Below, in pieces: positions 37,991-50,600 of a stretch of 64,000 bases of DNA (position 1 is the stretch's first letter; the number at the start of each line of letters is the position of its first letter). Under the pieces are notes generated by a model, which was not told where the DNA came from, made no database searches, and was given only the letters and a program-made list of their open reading frames with translations. Position numbers and translations under genes: made by a program. Location: NCBI RefSeq assembly GCF_030684315.1, contig NC_081387.1:6242497-6306496 (forward strand), read 5' to 3'. The stretch is from Stegostoma tigrinum. Lineage: Eukaryota.

Positions 37991-38599
37991 ACTCTTCTTG
38001 GAGAAGGAAACATTGAGAGAAAATTTGATAGGAGGTGCTGTGTTCGTTAGACAGTTGAACATACAATGAGAAAGTGGTCCCATGGGTGCAATGAACAAAA
38101 CCTATCAGTGACTGGCTTAAGGGTAGTGGCAAAAGAACCAGGGGTCACAGAAAAAGAATACAAGATTCAGGAACAGGAGTAGGCCATTCGGCCTCTCGAG
38201 GCTAGCTTTGCCATTTGATAAGCTCATCAGATAATTACCTCACATCTATCTCCCCATCTACCCTCCCTAAACCTTCTCATTTTATCATCTGTTTGAAGAA
38301 CCGGAAGAATGGGAACAGTAGGAGGCTATTCTGTTACTGAATCCTGATTGAGTTGCTTAATTACAGTGGGAATTATTAGGATTTGGGACACAGGGCTTAA
38401 GAGTGTAATACAGGTAGATTTGATTGCACCTTCCAAAAGGGCTTAGGATAATTACCTGAAAAGGAAAGATTTGCTGGGTTCTGTTGAAGAAGCTAGAGAC
38501 ATAGAGCCAGCAGAGTTACATTCACAGAGGGCTAGAATGGAGGCTCTGGGCCAAATGGCCTCCTTCCAGGTTACAACCATTGTGTGATTCTGTGATTCC

Positions 38600-40375
38600 A
38601 GGTACAAAAATGTGGATCGCTCACTCTGGGGAAAGACCCTTCAAGAACAATATGTGAAGCAAGACTTTCAGCCAGTCACTGAACCCTTTGGTGCACCAGC
38701 ACATTCACACGGGGGTGAAGCTGTAATGGTGAAGTGGGGAACACAACTGTCACCCAGTCTTCGAGAAGGCAATTGCCCCCTTCTCATCCCTCATGATACA
38801 TCAGTGCACCCCCACCAGGGAGAGAACTTTACACTGAAGCCTTCACTCAGGCCTCCTTGCTACTGGCTTGTCAGAGCACACACAGTTGAGGATGAGGGAC
38901 AGTGTGGGATTTAGCAGCAGAGCCATATCATTGTCTCCAAGCTTCCAGAAGAGAACAGCGCACCTTCCCGCCAATATCCAATGTGTTCTGACTGTGAGGG
39001 GCTTTGGGGAGATGCCTCAGCTGCTTATCCTCCCTCCAAAATGAAAGTATTGGTAAGAGGTTATGCCTGGTGGCTGTGACATAGCTGCATTGTGATGCAG
39101 TGCCTAGAATGCCAACAAGGACAGGAGCTGCTGCTGGTGGTGCTGCCATATTCCTGGGAATGGCTGGGTAAACCCTCGACTTGGCTACAGTCAACTATGC
39201 CAGTACTTTCATGGGCTCGATATTGCTGGTCATTGGGGATGCCCATTCAAAGAGGTTGGGCACACATGGACCTCTTTTGGCAAACTCAGGGATGATGAAT
39301 GAAAAGTTGCGAGCATCATTTGCGATACACGGACTCCCAGAAGTATTTTTCGTGGACATTTACTAGCAGGGAATTTGAGTATTTCCTAAAGTCAAATGGC
39401 ATTTGGCACATAAGGACAACTCTGTACCATCCATCATCCAGTCTAGTGGTCTGGCAGAAAGTACAGTCCAAAACATATAGCATCAATTGATTCCACACTC
39501 TTCCAATTCATTGTTGACTCTTCATGAAACTGCAGGAGTATCTCCAGCCAAGTTGCTTCTGGGGAGAGGGCTCTGCACCAGATTAATCCTGATATTCCTG
39601 GACATCGGTTAAGGTGAAATGACAGCAGAAATACCATGTTTCCTCTAAGCAAGAGAGACAAGTCACTTCCAGGGGTCGAAGTTTGGCGCCGAACCCATGG
39701 AAATGGCCCTGCATTGACAAAAGCAGAGTTTGACACAAGGACAGGTTCCATGACATATGAAGTCTGGGTAGGCGAGGTGGTCCTGAACAAAAATGTGGAT
39801 CACTTGAAAGCTATTACCTTGCAAACAGGGCAGGAGCAAAACATATCTGCTCCTCAGAAAGGCCAGGAGGCCTGCCAGAAACAGTGGGTTCTCCCCATAC
39901 ACCTCGTGTGGAGGAAACTTCAGAGTCTGAGATGGATGTAGCCTCAAGACCATTACCACTGGAAGTAGAAGGTAAAACTCTCCACAGATGCTCTGGATGC
40001 AAAAGGTGGGTTACGGTGGTGTACGTGCTGCCAGTGTCAGAATCCAGCTCAGAGGAACCAGGCTTGGGGCAAAAGCATAGCAGGCAGTCCTGAGAAAGAC
40101 CAGGCCTACATCCCTGCGCTTGGAGGAGTGGGGGAGAATGGTGGGGAGGTGGGTTGGTGTGACATTGTAATTGGAACCAGGTGGACCCATGGACTATGAG
40201 ATCCTTGATTGGGGTTGTTAACCTGGGCTAATCAGGGAGTCCTGGCTGACAGATATACACAGGGGATTCAGGGTCTCCTCACCTCAGGGACTGACTCCAA
40301 GCTGGCTGGCTGTGTACTGAGCTAATGCACACAATGGGTGACTTGGTGAAAAATACCATCCCCCATTGCAATTGT
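38600..40375 (+). mobile_element. Gypsy LTR retrotransposon remnant (integrase + 3' LTR ~40166-40375)
   Basis: Frameshifted integrase motifs (CLECQQ...WEW..KP, LRASFAIHGLPE, FTSREFEYFLKSNGIWHIRTTLYHP); purine tract followed by an LTR starting TGTAA. Confidence 0.75.
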
Positions 40376-40776
40376 TTCCCACATTAACAGGAGAGTGACA
40401 GGACGGACTCACACTAATAGGAGAGTGTGAAGAGGGAGACACACTGACAGGAAACTGTGGGCAGGGGTGTGACATGAACAGGAGTATTAGGGTGTAATGT
40501 GGAGCTGTATTCACATAGAGTTGTTCCTGACTTAATGAGGTGTCGGTGAAATAACTAAACCCTCTCAATCAACGTCTGTGCAGTCGACACACCCAATGTT
40601 CCTTGCTCGTTTTATCGAATGTTCGAAGTCGGTTAGTGAACTCCTGAGCTTGTTTCTCCTGATAACTGGCAAGCGACTGTTTTTCATTTGATTGGCTCTT
40701 TTTGTCAGGTGAAGCCAATCACTGCAGTCAGGCATGATCAAAGCTCAGTGAGGCAAAGTCCTAATAAACATCTTTA

Positions 40777-40791
40777 TTTCCTTTCAGTTTC
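40777..40791 (+). promoter_or_regulatory. ISRE/IRF-E-like element upstream of the gene B start codon
   Basis: TTTCCTTTCAGTTTC contains TTTC-NN-TTTC about 130 bp 5' of the ATG; CCAAT/ATTGG boxes near 40691 and 40715; class I genes are known IRF targets. Confidence 0.45.
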
Positions 40792-40891
40792 TACTCATAT
40801 ACCTTTCGTTTAAGTCGATGTTAAATCAATTCTCCAGAGGCATGTTTTTGCCTTTTCCAGTTTAGAAACATCCCTCACAGTACACCAGTCC

Positions 40892-41000
40892 CTGAATAGA
40901 GACAGTGCATCCCCAGAATGTTGATGACCCTTTTCTCCATTTGCCTGTGTTTTTCCTGGGTCTCTCCTGGTAAGTACAGAATTCAGCTTTCCCTTCCCTC

Positions 41001-41039
<39 letters not shown>

Positions 41040-41630
41040 GTCTCTGGGGTGAATGTGAATCTCTTGGTGAGAGTTTGAAATGGGGGCTATTTGACCAGCC
41101 GCCTGTTATACAGCCAGCCTGATATTTTACACATTGAAAGCAGCACAGCCTGGGAGACTCTGATGGGATTTGTGCCCAGGTCTCCTGACAGCAGGATTCA
41201 GAAACCCACAGATCAGAGAAGTTCACAGCAAGTGGGAAATGGTTCAAATGGACAATTTTAATTTTCACATCGATTGGGAGAAACCAAACAGCTTCACCTG
41301 TCCTGGTCTAAAGTCAATAAATACTGTGGGGAGAAGAATGATATTCCATGTTTAAAACACCCCAGGCTCAACTCTGATCCCCTCATGATTGAATAGCCCG
41401 AGTTATCTCAGACACCAGCATCCTACTGGCTGTGTGTAAAGGGGCGATGAAAAAGCTCAGTGAAGGACAGGGGGGACCCTGGTCTGGATTGTCCATCCCC
41501 CCTGTTTGACAGAGAGACTGTTCACACAGTGACTGTCCCCCATGGTCTCACACTTCATCCTCCCAAATATTCCTGTTTCTTTTCTTTTAAATTTGGATTC
41601 ACTCATTCCACATTTTTCCTGGTTATGAGC
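40892..41630 (+). repeat. Inverted duplicated segment, partner of 32677-33400
   Basis: For example ggaatatttgggaggatgaagtg at ~32732 matches the reverse complement of ~41551-41573. Confidence 0.9.
40918..40969 (+). CDS. MHC-I gene B signal peptide exon ([17 protein letters not shown])
   Basis: ATG at 40918, 52 nt, hydrophobic, donor G|gtaagt. Confidence 0.85.
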
Positions 41631-44600
41631 GGAAAGCACAAACCAGCCCTCAGGTTATCCTGAATTCCTCACTCCTGGTAATCCCTGGTTAGCAGTGTCC
41701 ATTTAATATTTCTCTTCAATTTATTCCAGGTTTCTGTTCCAGGTTAGTGATTGCATCGGTGTGACCCGGCCACTGTTTCAGGTCAGCGATCTTCTGTTTC
41801 CTCCTCCAGTCCCTGGATTGTGGCCCAGCCTCTCCCCTGTGTCCACACTGATTCCATTGAGTGTCTCTGTGACTCTGATTCCGTGTTTACTCCCTGTTCT
41901 GAGAGGCTGCAGTATCTAATTCTGACCCAGTTCAATCTGATTCTGTTCATAATATCTGACAGGAATCTGACAGTGTGATGAAGTGGTGGATTATTGCAGA
42001 TTGGCACCATATGGGAGGGGCCTCATGAGGATGAGCTGGAAGTGTGTGTAAATGTTCATTAGCCTGTACCTAATATTTGATTTACAGAGACAACATGTTT
42101 AAAGTTAGTCTCTCACATTAGTGACGCCCTTGGGATTTGTGATGTTGCCACGGTCGGTGAAGCCCAAATACATGAATATGATGTTTTTCATGCTGGGCTT
42201 CAGTTACCAGCTACTTTCAATGTTTGCTTTACAGAGACTAATGTGCACACTGGGATTTACACAGCGGTTTCTGGAATTCAAGACTTGCCTGAGGTGATGC
42301 ATATGGCAATGGTCAATGGAATTAAAATAAGTTCTGGTGACAGTAAAACCGGTCAGTGCATCCCGAGGCAGCAGTTCATGGTAGAATCTTTCAATGCGAA
42401 ATTCTGGGATTCTGTCACAAGCATGGTGCACCAATGTGCAAACACAGCAAAGGAAATTTTGAGTACAATAATGAAGAGGACAAGCCAGACATCTGGTAAG
42501 GTGTCAGAGATAATGGGAACTGCAGATGCTGGAGAAACCGAGATAACAAAGTGTGGAGCTGGATGAACACAGCAGGCCAACCAGCATCTCAGGAGCACAA
42601 AAGCTGACGTTTTGGGCCCAGATGCTTCATCAGAAATGGGGGCGAGGGAGAGCGTTCTGAAATAAATAGGGAGAGAGGGGGAGGCAGATAGAGGATGGAT
42701 AGAGGAGAAGATAGGTGGAGAGGAGATAGACAGGTTAAAGAGCAGGGGATGGAGCCTGGAGAGGTGAGTGCAGGTGGGGAGGTAGGGAGGGGATAGGGCA
42801 AGGGGGGTGAGATGAGATTAATAGGAAGGAAATGAGGGTGCGGCTTGAGGTGGGAGAAGGGGACAGGTGAGAGGAGGAACAGGTTAGGGAGGGGGGAACA
42901 AGCTAGGCTGGTCTTGGGATGCAGTAGGGGGAGGGGAGATTTTGAAACTTGTGAAATCCACCTTGATACCATTGGGCTGCAGGGTTCCCAAGCGGAATAT
43001 GAGTTGCTGTTTCTGCAACCTTTGGGTGGCATCATTGTGGCACTGCAGGAGGCAAGGATGGACATGTAAGCGGTTCCCAAGCCTCCGCTTGGTTTCCCCA
43101 ATGTAGAAGAGGCCACACCGTGTACAGCGGATGCAGTATACCACATTGGCAGATGTGCAGGTGAACCTCTGCTTAATATGGAAAGTCTTCTTGGGGCCTG
43201 GGATGGGGGTGAAGGGGGAGGTGTGGGGGCAGGTGTAGCACTTCCTGTGGTTGCAGGGGAAGGTGTCGGGTGTGGTGGGGTTGGCGGACAAGGGAGTCCC
43301 AGAGAGAATGGTCCCTCCGGAAGGCAGGTAAGGGTAGGGATGGAAAAGTGTCTTTGGTGGTGGGGTCCGATTGCAGATGGCGGAAGTGTCAGAGGATGAT
43401 GTGTTGGATCCGGAGGTTTGTAGGGTGGTATGTGAGGACAAGGGGTACACTCTTTTGGTTGTTATTGCGGGGACGGGGTGTGAGGGATGAATTGCGGGAA
43501 ATGCAAGGGACATGGACAAGGGCATTCTCGACCACTGTGGGGGGGCGGGGGGAGGTTGCAGTCCTTGAAAAGCAAGAGCATCTGAGATGTACGGGAGAGG
43601 AATGCCTCATCCTGGGAGCAGATGCGGCGGAGGCGAAGTAATTAGGAAGAGGGAATGGCATTTTTGCAGGAAGGTGGGTGGGAGGACGTGTATTCTAGGT
43701 AGTTGTGGGAGTCAGTGGGCTTTAAATGGAGGTCAGAGATAATGGGAACTGCAGATGCTGGAGAATCCAAGATAATAAAATGTGGGGCTGGATGAACACA
43801 GCAGGCCAAGCAGCATCTCAGGAGCACAAAAGCTGACGTTTCGGGCCTAGACCCTTCATCAGGGAGGGGTATGGGGAGATGATTCTGAAATAAATAGGGA
43901 GAGAGGGGGAGGCGGACTGAAGATGGATAGAGGAGAAGATAGGTCGAAAGGAGAGTATGGGTGGGAAGGTAGGGAGGAGATAGGTCAGTCTAGGGAAGAC
44001 GGACAGGTCAAGGTGGCGGGATGAGGTGGTAGGTAGGAAATGGAGGTGCGGCTTGAGGTGGGAGGAAGGGATGGGTGAGAGGAAGAACAGGTTAGGCAGG
44101 TTGGGACGAGCTGGACTGGTTTTGGGATGCAGTGTGGGGAGGGGAGATTTTGAAGCTGGTGAAATCCACATTGATGCCATTGGGCCGCAGTGCTCCAAGC
44201 GGAATATGAGTTGCTGTTCCTGCAACCTACGGGTGGCATCATTATGGCACTGCAGGTGGCCCAGGATGGACATGTCTTCTGAGGAATAGGAGGGGTAGTT
44301 GAAATGGCTCACGACTGGGAGATGCAGCTGTTTACTGTGAACTGAGCATCGGTGTTCTGGAAAGCGGTCCCCAAGCCTCCGCTTGGTTTCCCAAATGTAG
44401 AGGAAGCCACACCGTGTACAATGGATGCAGTATACCACATTGGCGGATGTGCAGGTGAACATCTGCTTGATATGGAAAGTCTTCTTGGGGCCTGGGATGG
44501 GGGTGAAGGGGGAGGTGTGGGGGCAGGTGTAGCACTTCCTGTGGTTGCAGGGGAAGGTGTCGGGTGTGGTGGGGTTGGCGGACAAGGGAGTCCCAGAGAG

Positions 44601-47600
44601 AATGGTCCCTCCGGAAGGCAGGTAAGGGTAGGGATGGAAAAGTGTCTTTGGTGGTGGGGTCCGATTGCAGATGGCGGAAGTGTCAGAGGATGATGTGTTG
44701 GATCCGGAGGTTTGTAGGGTGGTATGTGAGGACAAGGGGTACACTCTTTTGGTTGTTATTGCGGGGACGGGGTGTGAGGGATGAATTGCGGGAAATGCAA
44801 GGGACATGGACAAGGGCATTCTCGACCACTGTGGGGGGGCGGGGGGAGGTTGCAGTCCTTGAAAAGCAAGAGCATCTGAGATGTACGGGAGAGGAATGCC
44901 TCATCCTGGGAGCAGATGCGGCGGAGGCGAAGTAATTAGGAAGAGGGAATGGCATTTTTGCAGGAAGGTGGGTGGGAGGACGTGTATTCTAGGTAGTTGT
45001 GGGAGTCAGTGGGCTTTAAATGGAGGTCAGAGATAATGGGAACTGCAGATGCTGGAGAATCCAAGATAATAAAATGTGGGGCTGGATGAACACAGCAGGC
45101 CAAGCAGCATCTCAGGAGCACAAAAGCTGACGTTTCGGGCCTAGACCCTTCATCAGGGAGGGGTATGGGGAGATGATTCTGAAATAAATAGGGAGAGAGG
45201 GGGAGGCGGACTGAAGATGGATAGAGGAGAAGATAGGTCGAAAGGAGAGTATGGGTGGGAAGGTAGGGAGGAGATAGGTCAGTCTAGGGAAGACGGACAG
45301 GTCAAGGTGGCGGGATGAGGTGGTAGGTAGGAAATGGAGGTGCGGCTTGAGGTGGGAGGAAGGGATGGGTGAGAGGAAGAACAGGTTAGGCAGGTTGGGA
45401 CGAGCTGGACTGGTTTTGGGATGCAGTGTGGGGAGGGGAGATTTTGAAGCTGGTGAAATCCACATTGATGCCATTGGGCCGCAGTGCTCCAAGCGGAATA
45501 TGAGTTGCTGTTCCTGCAACCTACGGGTGGCATCATTATGGCACTGCAGGTGGCCCAGGATGGACATGTCTTCTGAGGAATAGGAGGGGTAGTTGAAATG
45601 GCTCACGACTGGGAGATGCAGCTGTTTACTGTGAACTGAGCATCGGTGTTCTGGAAAGCGGTCCCCAAGCCTCCGCTTGGTTTCCCAAATGTAGAGGAAG
45701 CCACACCGTGTACAATGGATGCAGTATACCACATTGGCGGATGTGCAGGTGAACATCTGCTTGATATGGAAAGTCTTCTTGGGGCCTGGGATGGGGGTGA
45801 AGGGGGAGGTGTGGGGGCAGGTGTAGCACTTCCTGTGGTTGCAGGGGAAGGTGTCGGGTGTGGTGGGGTTGGCGGACAAGGGAGTCCCAGAGAGAATGGT
45901 CCCTCCGGAAGGCAGGTAAGGGTAGGGATGGAAAAGTGTCTTTGGTGGTGGGGTCCGATTGCAGATGGCGGAAGTGTCAGAGGATGATGTGTTGGATCCG
46001 GAGGTTTGTAGGGTGGTATGTGAGGACAAGGGGTACACTCTTTTGGTTGTTATTGCGGGGACGGGGTGTGAGGGATGAATTGCGGGAAATGCAAGGGACA
46101 TGGACAAGGGCATTCTCGACCACTGTGGGGGGGCGGGGGGAGGTTGCAGTCCTTGAAAAGCAAGAGCATCTGAGATGTACGGGAGAGGAATGCCTCATCC
46201 TGGGAGCAGATGCGGCGGAGGCGAAGTAATTAGGAAGAGGGAATGGCATTTTTGCAGGAAGGTGGGTGGGAGGACGTGTATTCTAGGTAGTTGTGGGAGT
46301 CAGTGGGCTTTAAATGGAGGTCAGAGATAATGGGAACTGCAGATGCTGGAGAATCCAAGATAATAAAATGTGGGGCTGGATGAACACAGCAGGCCAAGCA
46401 GCATCTCAGGAGCACAAAAGCTGACGTTTCGGGCCTAGACCCTTCATCAGGGAGGGGTATGGGGAGATGATTCTGAAATAAATAGGGAGAGAGGGGGAGG
46501 CGGACTGAAGATGGATAGAGGAGAAGATAGGTCGAAAGGAGAGTATGGGTGGGAAGGTAGGGAGGAGATAGGTCAGTCTAGGGAAGACGGACAGGTCAAG
46601 GTGGCGGGATGAGGTGGTAGGTAGGAAATGGAGGTGCGGCTTGAGGTGGGAGGAAGGGATGGGTGAGAGGAAGAACAGGTTAGGCAGGTTGGGACGAGCT
46701 GGACTGGTTTTGGGATGCAGTGTGGGGAGGGGAGATTTTGAAGCTGGTGAAATCCACATTGATGCCATTGGGCCGCAGTGCTCCAAGCGGAATATGAGTT
46801 GCTGTTCCTGCAACCTACGGGTGGCATCATTATGGCACTGCAGGTGGCCCAGGATGGACATGTCTTCTGAGGAATAGGAGGGGTAGTTGAAATGGCTCAC
46901 GACTGGGAGATGCAGCTGTTTACTGTGAACTGAGCATCGGTGTTCTGGAAAGCGGTCCCCAAGCCTCCGCTTGGTTTCCCAAATGTAGAGGAAGCCACAC
47001 CGTGTACAATGGATGCAGTATACCACATTGGCGGATGTGCAGGTGAACATCTGCTTGATATGGAAGGTCATCTTGGGGCCTGGGATGGTGGTGAGGGAGG
47101 AGGTGTGGGGGCAAGTGTAATACATCCTGCGGTTGCAGGGGAAAGTGCCGGGTGTGGTGGGGTTGGCAGGGAGTGTGGAGTGGACAAGGGAGTCGTGGAG
47201 AGTGTGGTGTCTCCGGAAGGCAGACAAGCGTGGGGTGGGAAAAATGTCTTTGGTGGTGGGGTCGGATTGTAGATGGCGGAAGTGTCGGAGGATGATGCGT
47301 TGTATCCGGAGGTTGGTGGAGTGGTATGTGAGGACGATGGGGATTCTCTTCTGGCGGTTATTGCAGGGGCAGGGTGTGAGGGATGAGTTGCGGATAATGC
47401 GGGAGACACGGTCGAGGGCGTTCTCGACCACTGTGGAGGGAATGCTCTGGCCCTTGCAGAACGAGGACATCTGGGATGTGCGGGAGTGGAATGCCTCACC
47501 CTGGGAGCAGATGCAGTGGAGGTGAAGGAATTGGGAATAAGGGCTGGAATTTTTGCACGAAGGTGGGTGGACGGATGTGTATTCTAGGTAGCTGTGGGAG

Positions 47601-50600
47601 TCGGTGGGCTTGAAATGGACATCGGTTTGTAGGTGGTTGCCTGAGATGGAGAGGCCCAGGAAGGTGAGAGATGTGTTGGAGATGGTCCAGGTGAAATTGA
47701 GTTTCGGGTGGGAGGTGTTGGTGAGGTGGATGAACTGTTCGAGCTCCTCTTGGGAGCATGAGGCGGCACCGATACAGTCATCAAAGTAACGGAGGAAAAG
47801 GTGGAGTTTGGGGCCTGTGCAGGTGCAGAAGAGGGACTGTTCCACGTAACCTACAAAGAGGCAGGCATAGCTTGGGCCCATGCGGATACCCATGGTCACT
47901 CCCTTAGTCTGTAGGATGTGGGAGGAGTCGAAAGAGAAGTTGTTGAGGGTGATGACGAGTTCGGCTCGGCGGATGAGTGTGTCGGTGGAGGGGGACTGGT
48001 CGGGTCTGTGGGACAGGAAGAAGCGGAGGGCCTTGATGCCATCTGCATGAGGAATACAGGTGTATAGGGACTGGACGTCCATGGTGAAAATGAGGTATTG
48101 GAGACTGGGGAATTGGAAGTTTTGGAGGAGGTGGAGGGTGTGGATGCTGTCACGGACACAGCTAGGGAGTTCCTGGACCAAGGGGGAGAAAATGGAGTCG
48201 AGATAAGTGGAGATGAGGTCGGTGGGGCAGGAGCAGGCAGTGACAATGGTTCGAGAAGGGCAGTCAAGTTTGTGGATTTTGGGAAGGAGATAGAAGCGGG
48301 ACGTGCGGGATTGGGAACGATGAGTTTACAGGCTGTGGAAGGGAGGTCACCTGAGGCGATGGGGTTGTGGATGGTTTCGGAAGTACTGCTTTGGTGGCCA
48401 GGGATGAGGTCATGATCCGGGGGCAGTAGGAGGAAGCGTCGGAGAGCTGATACCTGACCTCAGCAATGTAGAGATCTGTGTGCCATTCTACAACTGCGCC
48501 TCTCTTGTCCGTGGGTTTTATGGTGAGGTTGGAATTGGAGCAGAGGGAGCGGAGGGCTGCATGTTCTGCCGGGGAGAGGCTGGAGTGGGTGAGAGGGGCG
48601 GAGAGGTTGAGTCAATTGATATCTTGACGGCACTTGGAGATGAAGAAGCCGAGGGAGGGTAGGAAGCCTTGGGGTGGTGTCCAGGAGGAGGGGGTGTGCT
48701 GGAGGCGGGTGAAGGGGTCAGCTGAGGGGTGGTCAGGCTCACGGTTAAAGAAGTAAGTGAGAGGGCAGAGGAGGCAGAAAAACTGTTCAACGTCTAAGCG
48801 TGAGTGGTATTCGTTGATGTGTGGGTGGGGGAGAACAAAGGTGAGCACCGTACTGAGGAATGACCGCTCGTCCTTAGCGAGAGGGAGATCTGAGGGGATG
48901 GTGAAAACTCGGCAGGGCTGGGTGCTACTGTCTCCAACCACATCTCATGTATGACATGTCAGGCAAAATTCGACCACAACCTTACACAGCCCAGGCCAAG
49001 AAAAATGCTTTTGTGTTTTGGCTTGAGTTTTCCTGAACCGCAACTAAACTCTTAATGGTAATTCATGTGCTCCCTACAGCACCTCCATTGTATAGAATGC
49101 CAGTAATAGAACATGATAAACTTTTGTCCATTTCTCATCCTCCTGATTACGTGATGGTCTCCATTTCCTCAATAAGGCATCATTTTTAAGATAGTAACGT
49201 TCAGAGATACACTCATATACTTTGGTGTATCTTTCCAATGCAGTTGCTTTGTGTTTTCCTCTTCCTCTTCTCATTCAGTTAATTGCTCTGAACTAAAAAT
49301 ACCGACTTTGTTCTCTACCTTTTCTTATTTTTCTCAACCATTTGATTGAACATGGTCTCTGACAATTGTATCTCAATTTTCTTATCTTTCTTCTTTGATC
49401 TCTCTTCCTGCTTCAACCTGTACCTTTGCGAACTAGTTATTACACAGTCAGGAAAAATTCCAGGATATATTACCCACAATACCCCAGTTCCCTACTTTCC
49501 ACTGGCTTTTCAACCGCAGTAGTATCAATCCCACCTGTAATTTAACTATTATTAGCAAGGACAAATTTTATTCTTGGAACTGAGAATTTCTCCAATTCCT
49601 TTCAACCACTTCCCCACACTTCACCAGACTCTCCAACCTCACTCGATATAATGGAACGTTTCTCTTCTCACCAAGAATTCCACTTATTACCACTTTTCCT
49701 GGCAATACTACTTCTGAATTATGTATCTCCTCATCACTCAACATCAAAGATCACTACGCTTCCCTATCTCTTAAAATTGTAGTTTCTTTACCTGCTCCTT
49801 CTGGCAAATATGAGTGAACCTTAACGTCGCAAGTAAATTCTTGAAGGAAATGTGGCACTTCCTCCTCGTCCAACTCCTGATCAGGTTGTACATTCTGTAG
49901 CAGCTTTTTAACTTCCGCTGTGCTTTCCCTTACGGCTTTAGCAAAATTCACTGGCTTGCCCTGTTTTCCCCATATCCATCTTCCCAGTGCTTTGTCTGAA
50001 CCACCACCACTGTGACTTCGTGTGGCCGAGTTTATTGCAGTGAGGTTTATTGCAGAGGGTTTTAATTTCTCTTTCCCTCTCATGGGTTCCCTTTTTACCC
50101 TGTGGTAAACTGTCTTTACTATCTTCAATGAGATTTCCATTTCGCTTACCACCCAAGGATTTCTCTTTTCCCCAATTTCTATCCCCCACAGATTGAAATT
50201 GATGTCAGAAGCCAAATTTGAATTATAAACCAACCCATAATCATCTGCCATTTCTGCTGCTAATCATGCTGTTTTAGCTCTGTGCTATACCACATGAGTT
50301 CTCACTATCTCATGAAGTGAATTTTTGACCTCCTCCAAAATAATTATCTCTCCAAGATTGTCATGTGTTTGACCTATTTTTATTGCCCTTATCCACCTAT
50401 CAAAATTACTTTGTTTGATCCTTTCAAACTCAATGTATATTTGACCAGGGTCCCTCCTGAGATCCCTGAAACATTACCAGTAGGCTTCTGGCTCTGATTC
50501 ATCTGCACACCTGGCTTTCTTCACCTCCTCCTACTCTTCAGGTACCTCCTCTGATAGTCATGCAAACACCTCACCAGCTCAAACTACAATTTTGTTTCGG

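Noticed and set aside
43818-46113. Two 333-aa ORFs as host genes
   Set aside because: They are chimeric, frameshifted Penelope GIY-YIG fragments produced by the tandem triplication.
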